From: the human T2T-CHM13v2.0 reference genome, Homo sapiens
Length of the DNA: 64,000 nucleotides
Assembly (NCBI GenBank): GCA_009914755.4
Contig: CP086569.2
Span: 6,112,001-6,176,000 of the forward strand
Reading direction: 5' to 3'
The position numbers and the translations under genes are program-made. How positions within the stretch are numbered: the first letter of the stretch is position 1; each line of letters opens with the position of its first letter. Below are positions 26,463-36,800 of this stretch, one piece after another. Below the pieces are notes generated by a model. It was not told the origin of the DNA, did no database searches, and was given only the letters and a program-made list of their open reading frames with translations.

Positions 26463-28436
26463 CATTAAAATGTGACAGTTTTTAGAAGAAAACACTCAGG
26501 CAATGCATTCCCATGAGGGTCACACTTTGGGAACTGAGAAACATTTAGTGTGGAAGTTGTTGAGCCAGACCAAGGAAGCCCTAGGCCAATGTGGAATATG
26601 GAAGTCAGAAAAAGAAGAGGCAAGTGTAGATGCCACATGCCACCCAGCATCAATCAATTCCACTCCGATTTGCCTCTGGGTATGAAAAACCTCAAATCAA
26701 GAGTTTGCCAGGAGGGCCCCAATTTTCATTCCAAATGTTGCTTACATAATGAAGTACTCCCACCTGAACACTGGGCCATGGTGTGGACTGCTTGTGCAAT
26801 TAAGGGAATGCTGGGATGGAGTTGGAAGCACCTGCTATGTCATCTGTCTTCATTTACTAATTAATTAATTAATTTATTTATTTTTGCAGGCAAAGTTGCT
26901 GGACCCAGTTCACCCCTCACAAGATTGTATCCTCACTCCTCTCTGACCTTATTGTGGCTCATACTCTATGTCCCAGAATGAAATCCCAAGATGATGGAAA
27001 AATATCCCTTCATGATGTGAAGCACCTGCTCAGCAATGAAATGAATTTGAGGTAAATTCAAGGGGCAACCAGAAGTTTGGAAGACTCAAAAAAAGAAGCA
27101 CTGAAGTGCATTATCCACAGTCCTTTAAGCAGACTCCAGTTAAAGGCAAACACACACACACTCACACACACACACACACACACCCCTAAGCACACAATGG
27201 CACACACACATGCAGACATCCAACACTCACAACATTTTCACAGAAACAAGCAGCCTGGTAGCTCCTGAGTTTGGTTGGTTCTTCAGGAAGACCCACCTAG
27301 GAGAGAGCAACACCAGAGAATACAGTCAGGGTGTACCTAGAAATCACAGTGGGGCAAGTTTCAAAACTACTCACCCCCACAACATCTAGGCAGACCTGAG
27401 GAGACTTGCAGATCTTTTTGATCATTAAGGATTTCACGGTTTATTCCTGGAGCAGAGCCAGCCTAGTACTGGGGAAAATGCTGCCTCAGAAAACTCACTA
27501 TCAGACCATAAAAGTCTTCACCTCAGGCCCCCTTTGGGCTGTCTCCGTGGTTGGGTCTCGCTGGAGGAAGAGGCATTTTGAGACTGCGAGGTGATCATTG
27601 GAAACTGCTCTTCTGGCTCCATTCCAGAAAGAAACTGTGTGCAAGAGTCAGATCCCATGGGGATTGGAATATAGCCTGGTAGGTTGTTTAGAATTTTTGG
27701 GTGATAGATTTATACCTGAAACCTGAGACCACAGAGCCAGGTGTCAGTGAAAGATAGCCAAGCTCTTGACCTCACTGCTTCCCTTTATCTTGACCTCACT
27801 GGGGCTTTCTGGGAAAGGCAGAATCCAAGACAAAGTTAAGACTAAGGTATTACAGTATTCCCACACCTCAGACTGGCCTCTCACGGGTGCAGATAAGGTT
27901 GAGACAGTGTCTTAGAGGCCCTCTGTGGTGATGGCAAGCCTGAAAAGGGTGTCCAGTAGTGCTGATGAGGGGCACTGTGGATTCCCCAAGAAAGCAAAGA
28001 ACAATCAAGGCTCACCTGAGAAAATGAGTGCCTTTTGCTGGAGTATAAGCAATGTTCAATGATTCTTGTCAGAGGACTCAAATCTTGCAAAGTGCAAACA
28101 ACCTCAGCCCGCACAATGATGCAATCACCCACAACCTGGAGTGCAACCAGCCTACCCAAAGTCCCTTTTGCACTTTGAAATCCCTGACAGCTAAATAATT
28201 TGTGGAGAGAGGTAGTCACATCTGGCAATAGCCCAATGAAATTGTCTCTCCACAATGAGAAAGGATATGCAGATACAATGAAACACATCCTAGATTACCA
28301 AGCAAAAGCCAGACACACCGGCCTCCTTCTCATGCTCCAGGAATACACTGTCCTCTGATAAAAGTTGGAGAGCAACAGTTTCTTTTCCCACAACTGTAAT
28401 GGGAATTTATGGTTTTACATATATCAAAGCAGCCCA
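26463..28436. repeat. Unit U13 (1974 bp; two internal deletions)
   Basis: Anchor 26463; exon-like module 26890-27051. The donor-flank runs directly into 'accagaagtttggaagactc' (~27065). (CA)n 27140-27195. Second deletion junction ~27450. Confidence 0.8.
26890..27051 (+). ncRNA. Exon-like module, U13
   Basis: 'tttatttatttttgcag|gcaaagttgctgg'; donor 'atttgag|gtaaattcaagg'. Confidence 0.35.
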
Positions 28437-30893
28437 GTCATTAAAATGTGACAGTGTTTGTAAGGAAACATTCGTGCAACGGATTCCCATGAGTGTCATC
28501 CTCTGTGAACTAGGAAACATTTAGTGTGCAAGACATTTAGCCAGACCCAGGAAACCCTAGGCAGATGGGGAACATGGAAGTCAGGAAAAGAAGAGGCAAG
28601 TGTGGAGGCCACATCCCACCCAGCATCAATCCATCCCACTCCCATTCGGCTATCATAATGAATCTGGGGTTTGCCCAGATGGCCCCAGTTTGCACTCCAA
28701 ATGTTCCTTTCATGTTGGAGTACTCCCAGATGAACATGGGGCCATGGTGTGCGCTGCTGATGCAATTAAGGGAATGCAGCGATGGAGTTTGAAGCAACTT
28801 CTGTTTCATCTGTCTTCACCTTTTTTGCAGTTGAAGGTGCTGGACCCCATACACCCCTCACCAGACAGTGTCCTAACCCCTCTCTTACCTTATTGCTGCT
28901 CACACCCTCTTTGCCAGAATGAAATTCCAAGAAAATGGAGTGTCCCCTGTTGACTTTAAGCACCTGCTCGGCTGGGGATGGAATTCAATGTAAATTCAAG
29001 GGGTCCTGCAGAGAAGACTGCTAGTGTCTCTCCTTGGGTTAGCGTGAAACACTGAGAGATGTTGGTCTTGGGTATGACGTGCTGCTCTTCTTTCTGGAAA
29101 AGTAAATTTTTTTCAGGGGGAGGTGATTTGGACTCTGGCTCATCTTGGTCAGACTCCTAATTCACTACAGATTCATGATCCACAGAAAAATAAAGAACAC
29201 GGAGCCTTGCATCCCAAGCAGAACCACACACACAGGCAAACAAATGTTAGGTTACTCAAAAAAAAAAAAAAAGGAAGAAGAAGTGCTGCAATGCATTGCC
29301 CACATTATTTTAAGCAGACTCCACTAACAGGCACACACTCCCACACACACACCCACAAATACACAAAGCCACACACACAAGCAGACATCCACTACTAGCA
29401 GCACTCCCACAGAAACAGCAAGCCAGCTTCTGAGGCTGCATGGTTCTGCAGGCAGACACATCTGGGAAACAGCTACCCTAGGGAACACAGGTGGGCTATA
29501 TGTAGTAATCATTTTGAGACAAGTTTTAAAAAGAGTAACCCCTGAAACATGTAACCAGGCTGGAGGCAACCTGCATATCCTTTTGGATCCTTAGGGATTT
29601 CACGGTTCATTCCTGGAACTCTCCTTGATGTTCCTTCGGGCTGGCTCACATCTACCATCTACTAGAATCATGGCACTGTCCTGTGTATCCCACAGAAAAG
29701 ACAGGCAAGAGTCCACCACTGACACACCTCCACAGAGGTCTCATTCTCCACAAAGGTGCAGGGACTTGTCGCTAGGCAATGGTTCCATTTATTGTGACAC
29801 TAGCCAGAGCTCACTGCTCAGGCCTGGTGCTTTAAGACTAGCTCATGCACATTCATGAGACAGGATCAGGTGCCTGCCTGTCAGAGCCATCAGCTGCCTA
29901 AGCAGAGGAAAATGGTACAGGCAGAGCCGTCCTGGTATTGAGAAAAAGGTTGCCTGCATGACCCTAAAAGTCTCAAACTTATTGCCCCATCGGGTCGTCT
30001 TGGTGGTGGAGTTCTGGTGGAAGAGGAGGTATTTAGAAGCTATGAGGTGGTCACTGGAAACTGTTGTTCTGACTCCATTCCTGAAAGAGACCATGTGCAA
30101 GAACCAGGTCCCATGGGGATTGGGACAGGGGCCAGTGAGTTGTTGAGGGTTCTTTATGTGATGGAATCACACCTGAGACCCCAGAGGCAGGTGTCTGCAA
30201 AAGATGGCTGGGCTCTTGACCTCACTGCCTCCCTTCATCCTGGGCCTTGCAGGGGCTCTCTGGGAAAGGCAAGAACCACTACAAAGGCAATTTCAAGGTG
30301 GAGCAGTGTTCTCTCACCTCGAACTGGCCTTGCCTATAGGCAGATGAAGTTGTGACAGTGTCTCAGAGGCCATCTGTGGCAATTGCAAACCTGAAAATGG
30401 TGTCCAGTAGTTCAGTTGATGGGCAATGTGGAATCCCTAGGAAAGCCAAGAAAAATCAATGCTTACCTGAGAGAACAAGCTGCAAAATGCTGGAGTCAAA
30501 GCAATGTTCAATGATTCTTGTCAGAGGACTCAAAATCCTCCTGCAAACTGCAAAAATCTTCACCCCCAACAATGCAACCATGACCCACAACCTGGAGCTC
30601 AGCCAGTCTCTCTGAAGTCTTCTTTGCTGTCTGAAATTCCTTGCAGTCAAAAGACCTGCAGTGAGAGGGAGTCCCATCCAGCAACAGCCCATTGAAAGAG
30701 ACCCGTGACAATATGAAAAGACGTGCAGATGAAACGAAACAGAGCCAAGATTACCAGGCAAATATTAGACACAGTTGCCTGCTTCTCATTCCATATGAAT
30801 CAAGCCACCCTCCGATAGAAGTGGGAAAACAAGAGTTTCCCTGTTGGCAGCTCTAAAGGAATTTACAGTTTTAAAAATATTAAAGCTGCCAAG
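28437..30893. repeat. Unit U14 (2457 bp)
   Basis: Anchor 28437; exon-like module 28831-28989; landmark 29160; (CA)n 29335-29385. Confidence 0.85.
28831..28989 (+). ncRNA. Exon-like module, U14
   Basis: 'ttttttgcag|ttgaaggtgctgg'; donor 'attcaat|gtaaattcaagg'. Confidence 0.3.
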
Positions 30894-31428
30894 TCATTAA
30901 AATGTGACAGTGTTTAGAAGAAAACAATCACACAATGGATTCCTATGAGGGTCATCCTTTGTGAACTGGGAGATGTTTAGTATGGAAGACAATGAGCCAG
31001 ACCAAGGAAACCCTAATTCAATGAGGAAGATCGAAGTCAGAAAAAAAAAGAGCAACTGTGGAGGCCACATCCCACCCAGCATCAATCCATCCCACTCCCA
31101 TTTGGCCCGGTGTTTGAAAGCCCTCTAAGTGCACAGCCCCAGTTTGTACTCTACATGTTCATGGCATGTTGGAGAACTCCCACTTGAACACCGGGCCCTG
31201 GTGTGCATGGCTTGTGCAATTAAGAGGATGTGGTAATGCAGTTGCAAGGAACTTCTGTGTCATCTGTCTTCACCTTTTTTGCAGGTGCACTTGCGGGACA
31301 CAATCCACACCTCACCAGATTGTGTCCTCTTCTCTATCTGACCTTATAGCTGCTCACACTCTCTGTCCCAGAATGAAAGCCCAAGATGATGGAGTAGTGC
31401 TCCCTCATGACATAAAGCACCTGCTTGG
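30894..31428. repeat. Unit U15 (terminal partial unit; array ends inside the exon-like module)
   Basis: Anchor 30894; acceptor 'ttttttgcag|gtgcacttgcggg' with the module starting at 31285. Homology to other units stops at ~31428 ('cacctgcttggctgg|tctcatgtattgattaa'). Confidence 0.8.
31285..31428 (+). ncRNA. Exon-like module, U15 (last copy; the array ends before a donor)
   Basis: 'caccttttttgcag|gtgcacttgcggg'; unit homology ends ~31428 without the gtaaattcaag donor. Confidence 0.25.
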
Positions 31429-34111
31429 CTGGTCTCATGTATTGATTAATCATACCTATAATTGTTAACATTCATTGTGAAACATAATGTTTCATTTTTC
31501 TTCCTTATTCTCCACCATTTGTTTTCTTCTCAGATTAGTTATAGTTTGTAAATTATTTTGTCAAACATATGCAATAAGGTAACACCGCAGTATTGCAGAA
31601 TACACTGCATTGGAAACAGATTCATATTGGAATGGGAAAACATCCCTTATTACCTGCAGCTGGGAGATCAATAAGGATGGGATCTGGGGTTCTGACCCCA
31701 GGTACCATCTATGGGTGAATGCTTACACTTCTTGAATCCCTAGCGGGCATGTGTTACACGGTGCTAATTTAGTTTATCCATCTGTAGGCTACTAGTGTTA
31801 ATTCAATTAGACACCCTGCCTTACTGCAAGGACAGAGGGCTTTCCACATCCTGAGCTTATCTGCTTTGCTGTACCTGAAAAATTGGCTCACACATGGGCT
31901 TGGAGAATAAGTGCAAGGTTTCATTGATTGGAAGTGCTCAGCATATGGATGGGGAGCCAGAATGGAGATGGAGTGGGAACGTGGTTTTCCCTTGGAATGG
32001 GACAGCTCAGAGCTGTCCTCCCACATCCCCATGAAACCTTGTGTTCTGTGGTGAGTGGCCTGCTGCCTCAGTCGTTGTGTTCTCCTTGCTCTGGTGTCCT
32101 CTCGAGGTCCAGTTGCTGTGTCTTCTTGTGCTAATGGTTCCTCTCGATGTCCAGCTGCTGTGTATCTGCCTGCTAGTGTCTCAGGGTTTCTTATAGCACA
32201 GGATGGGGGTATGGCAGGCCAGGGTGGTCTTGGAAAATGCAGCACTTGGGCAAAAAAACAGAAACACATGTCCTCACCAACTGGGGCAAGAAAATAGAAG
32301 TGTGTGTCCTCACCTAGGTCAGTGAGCACAGGCGTGATGGTGGATCCCTAGCCAAGAACCACACCCTCCTCTACCAGGCACTTCCCTGCCCTCCTTCCAT
32401 ATCATTATATTTTAAAATTTAAAACTCCAAAATAGCACCTTTAGAGAAGACAATTGGAGAAAATGGCATTAGAAGAGCCAGTCTAGGATTAGGCTCGCTG
32501 AATGCAAAATGGAAACACAGATAGCATGTCCGGCAGGCATGGAATCACTGCAGAAACATATCTCTTACTGAGAAGGAAAAGGAAACAAACTGGCTTCTCT
32601 CATCTTCTTGTTCTCTTATCTCTGCAGTGTCACCCCTTGACTGAACTGAAAGAGGAAGTAATTTTTATGGGAGCCTAGGATCCCTACCTCCCAGAGGCCA
32701 GGCCTCTCTATTACAGAACAGTGCCAGGGAGACGTGAGTGATGTAGCTGTGGGCATGCAAACCCAGGGCCTCACACAAAGGAGTATCAAAGACAAATACA
32801 GTATCAAGGGATGAAGAGAGAATTACTCTCAGGAATGATTCATGCTTGATATTTGTGAAAAGACCAAAAAGTAAAACAGCTTATGAGGTAGTAAACATAA
32901 AAAGAACATAAAGAAAAGCAGGCAAAAATGGTAAAGTCCAGGCTATTTACCTTTCCTTTATAGGATTTTGAAAATCCCTTCTGGAATCCTTTTCCCAATA
33001 TCTTCCATTCATGGATTCTTTCAGGAAATATTTATTGAGCTAGAATGGTCTAAGCATTCGGCAGATGGCATCATATACACTGTTGTACTTCTATCATTGA
33101 TAGAAAGAATGTTTCTTTTTTTCTACAATGCTTTTCTCCCAAACATTCTTCTTGAAAATTTGTGTCCTTACAGATGCTGTCACTTGTTGCTGTTCTAAGA
33201 AGGTTCCCCACACCCCTGTAAACCCAGTTAAGAACTTTCTTCCTCTCCAACTAAGTTACTATATTGCATATATTGTAACACTTGTCAGAGTACATTCCAA
33301 TTATTGCTCTTCTCTTCATTCTCAAATTAATATTTTGAAGGAAAATCTATGAACACAATGGCTTGACATTTCTCAATATTTATTGTATAAAAGGTTATTA
33401 GATATTTATATATATATTTATCTTAATTTTTGGAAAACAAAATAAACAATGTTCACTGCCCAATCCCCCATGAACTGCTCAACTTTAAACAATGTCTAGG
33501 ATTTTAGAGCAATTATACAAACTTTCAAAAAACACCTGAAAGTGTTTCTATTTTAATTTATTTTGCTTTTTATATTGAATTATTTTGTAGAGACAAAGTT
33601 TTGCCTCAAGGCCCACGCTGAAGTGCAGTGTGTGATCACTCCTAACTACAACCGTGAACTCCTGAGTAAATAGAACAACAGATGTGTGCCATCATGCCCA
33701 ATTTAACCAATTAAATAAGTAGTTACACTTTAGATATAGTTTTTGCTGTGTAGCCTGTGCTGATGTCAAACTCTGGGTTTGAAGCAGTCCTCCCTTCTCC
33801 GCCTTCCAGAGAGTTGTGATTCCAGGTGTGAACCACCAGACTTCAAAGAGGAAATTTTAGATTTTAGAATATTGCAATATATTAGACTTAATTTCTTCTT
33901 TCAACTTTACATTTGCAGTGACACTTCATAATAATTATTACTTATGGTGAGAATGTGATTTCTTATATTTGGTCACCAAATTTTGAAATCTTTATTCTGT
34001 TTACTTAAACCCTAATAACTTGTAGTCAACTGAGCTGAAAGTCAAGTACATGGGTGTTTTTTTTTTTTGCTGAGGCTGTGAAGACAAATGTAGAGATGCA
34101 TTAAAAACCAA

Positions 34112-34119
<8 letters not shown>

Positions 34120-34157
<38 letters not shown>

Positions 34158-34395
34158 TTATATATATAGTCTTTATATATATATAAAGTCTTTATGCTTT
34201 ACATATATAGTCTTTATATATATATAAAGTCTTTATGTGTATATGCAGTCTTTATATATACATAAAGACTTTATAGATATACAGTCTTTAGCATATATAT
34301 GTGTGTACATATACTTGTGTGTGTACATATGTGTGTGTGTACACATATATATATATGCTAAATGTGTGTATAGCATATATATATATATATATATG
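34120..34395. repeat. AT-rich minisatellite/complex simple repeat, (TA)n merging into (TATATAGTCTT/ATAAAGTCTTT)n
   Basis: Read directly from the sequence. Confidence 0.85.
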
Positions 34396-35043
34396 CTAAA
34401 GCTTTATCCTGGCTGGTGAAGCATCATACATGGCATGGATAGTTTTATAAAATACCCTGAAATACATGCTTTAGTAAGCAATTTAGCACTTGCAATTTCC
34501 CAACTTTGCTTTCAGCAGAAGTTAATGATGTATGTCACTTCAAGTAAGTAAATGAATGTTTGAATTGCTGTGAGTTATTTTACTCATTTCTCAGCTAACC
34601 ACTTAACTTATCAAAGATCTTTACTTGTACAATATCATAAATGATAGATATTAAAAATTAATCAACAGGATTTATCTAAGTAAAAGCTGCCATCTAATAT
34701 GATATTTTTCAGTAAGATGATAGCAGTAATTATGCCAAAAAATAGTAATTCCCCTAGTTTGAGCCCAGGTGACAGAGCAAGACTCTGTTCACATCTCTTT
34801 TCTGGGTATGTGCCAACTCTGGTCTGCTTTAATTTTAGTCAACTGCAGCAACTCATATATCATTTTAGGTCCTGGCCTACACTGATCTTTAATCACTGAC
34901 TGTGTCTGTGTCTGTCTGTATGTTTTGTGTGTTATCATATTTTATCTGAAGGAGCTAAATAATGGTGCTATAGTGGTTTCATAAACATAAAGCATTCCAG
35001 GAACACAATATTGCTTATCAACTGAGCTTTAAAACAGATATGA

Positions 35044-35346
35044 GGCAGGACATGGTGGCTCACAACTGCACTCCCAGCAATTTGGCAAGCCAAGGTGGGT
35101 GGATCTCTTGATGTCAGGAGTTTGTGATAAGCCTGGCCAACATGGCAAGATCCCATGTCTAATATCATAGCAAAGCTAGCCGGGCTTGGTGTCCCATTGA
35201 TATAATCTCAGCTATGTGGGAGACTGATGCAGGAGAATCCACTGAAACCCTGAGACAGAGTTTGCAGTGAAGTAAGACGACACCACTGCACTCTATCCTG
35301 GGCACCAGAGCCAAGACACTGTCTCAGTGTCTAAAATAATAAAATA
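35044..35346 (+). mobile_element. Alu (older subfamily, AluJ/S-like)
   Basis: 'ggcaggacatggtggctcac...ccactgcactctatcctgggcaccagagccaagacactgtctc' with an A-rich tail. Confidence 0.8.
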
Positions 35347-35383
35347 GACAGGACAGATCACTGAGAAGAGAAATGCATAACAC

Positions 35384-35696
35384 TGGGTGGACATTGTGGC
35401 TTATGACTGAAATCCCAGCATTTTGAGAGGCTAAGGTGGGTGGATGACTTGAGGAAAGGAGCTTGAGACCAGCCTGAGCAAATATTGTGAAACCTGGTCT
35501 TTACTAAAAGTACAGAAAAAAAAAGCCAAGATTGGTGTCACTTGCCTGCAGTCATAGCTACTTGGGAGGGTGTGACTGGAGAACTGCTGGAACCCAGGAT
35601 GGGAAGGTTGCAGTGAGCTGAGATCATGCCACTGCACTCCAGCCTAGGCAACAGAGCAGGATTCCATCTAAAAATATTAAACAGAGATACAGAGTT
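35384..35696 (+). mobile_element. Alu (S-like) whose tail expands into a (GAAA)n repeat
   Basis: 'ctgggtggacattgtggcttatgactgaaatcccagcattttgagaggctaaggtgggtgg...cactgcactccagcctaggcaacagagcagg'. Confidence 0.8.
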
Positions 35697-35716
35697 AGAG
35701 GAAAGAAAGAAAGAAA

Positions 35717-35764
<48 letters not shown>

Positions 35765-35812
35765 AGGAAGGAAGGAAGGAAGGAAGGAAGGAAGGAAGGA
35801 AGGAAGGAAGGA

Positions 35813-35906
<94 letters not shown>

Positions 35907-36035
35907 AAAAGAAAGAGAACGAAAGAAAGACAGGGAGAAGGGAAGGAGGGAAGAAAGAAAGACAGGGAGAAGGGAGGGAGAGAAGGAAGAAGGGAGGGAG
36001 GGAAGAAGGGAAGGAAGGAGAAAGAGAATGAAAGG
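35697..36035. repeat. (GAAA)n/(GGAA)n microsatellite (~340 bp)
   Basis: Direct reading. It generates the spurious ORFs at 35538-36104. Confidence 0.95.
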
Positions 36036-36699
36036 CATAAAACCAAAAGGAAATGAATAAAAATAAAAACTTACGATTTTGCTCATTATCCACATGAATT
36101 TCAAACTATGTTTAAAGTAATATTTTATGTTTACAATAATATTAGTAATATTTAGGTCTCCGGTGGACTAACAGAAATTTTAAAATAAGCACCTATATAT
36201 TTTCAAAATTACTCATTTAATTATGAGTATTGTCAAAATTACTCAAGTAACTAAGCTTCTTGGAGGAGCTGAAACCTAGTTTTCAACAAATTTAATTGAC
36301 ATATGTCATCAAATTGCATACTATTGGGGCAAGGTAGTCTATATTATGCTGCCTAATCTATGCTAAATTAAAAATGAAATCAAATCTGCAAAAGATTTTC
36401 CATTTACTATTACTAGTAAAGGCTGTTTTGTTTCCTGACTTGTGGAGGGTTTTATTTCCACAGTTTTGATGGCTCTGGCAGAAACCTTCCTGGTCCAAAC
36501 TCACGTCCTATCATCACAGTATATACATGTTCAGGCATTAAGAAGAAAGAGCATCCCATCTTACTGCTTTCCTGCACTGGTTCCCATGCACAAGCCAATG
36601 TGCTATGTTAGTGACTATCAAATATTCATATATTTGATCAAGGAGATTTGTGTTTCCGAACAGTAAAACAAAAATACTATGATCAGTTGTATTTTTATT

Positions 36700-36800
36700 A
36701 TTTATTTACTTAGAGGCAGGGTCTTGCTCTGTCAACAGGCTGAATTATACATCACTCTGGTCTCAGACTTTTGGGCTCAGAGGATCCTCCAACATCGGCC
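36700..36800 (-). mobile_element. Alu fragment (antisense)
   Basis: 'gaggcagggtcttgctctgtcaacaggctg...ctcagaggatcctccaacatcggccttccaaagttctg'. Confidence 0.55.

Larger units (their letters stand above)
1..31428. repeat. Macrosatellite-like tandem array of ~2.4 kb units (about 15 units, left end cut by the window). Family not recognised.
   Basis: The anchor 'cattaaaacatgacagtgtttagaaggaaacactca' recurs at ~476, 2889, 4816, 6129, 8585, 10991, 13339, 15783, 19825, 22274, 23690, 26463, 28437 and 30894. A second landmark, 'ggattcatgatccacagaaaaataaagaacac', recurs about 700 bp after most anchors. A (CA)n tract occupies the same relative position in most units. Long colinear blocks are ~80-90% identical between units. 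The array ends abruptly at ~31428. Confidence 0.9.

Noticed and set aside
1-31428. Array as the SNORD116/SNORD115 snoRNA cluster, 5S rDNA (2.2 kb) or the DAZ 2.4-kb exon repeat
   Set aside because: I found no C/D-box snoRNA (no 'gatcgatgatga...ctga' hairpin) and no 5S rRNA sequence. There is no 72-bp DAZ exon encoding the YQLPVYNYQAF-type repeat. Unit composition and landmarks do not fit.
838-31428. Exon-like modules as protein-coding exons (shared peptide 'MKSQDDGGVPPH...')
   Set aside because: Shared peptide strings just reflect common ancestry of the repeat copies. Stops and frameshifts differ between copies, so there is no evidence of coding constraint.
31769-32329. 186-aa minus-strand ORF just downstream of the array
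   Set aside because: No recognisable domain or supporting signals. The region contains short local duplications. Most likely a chance ORF in unique or old-repeat sequence.
33540-33850. Possible antisense SINE pair with a B1-like 'ctgtgtagcc' motif
   Set aside because: Only weak similarity to Alu/proto-B1 (7SL-derived) monomers. Too diverged to call confidently, so I left it unannotated.
35538-36104. 188-aa minus-strand and 144-aa plus-strand ORFs
   Set aside because: Pure translation of the (GAAA)n/(GGAA)n microsatellite ('FLSFF...' / 'KERKKERK...').
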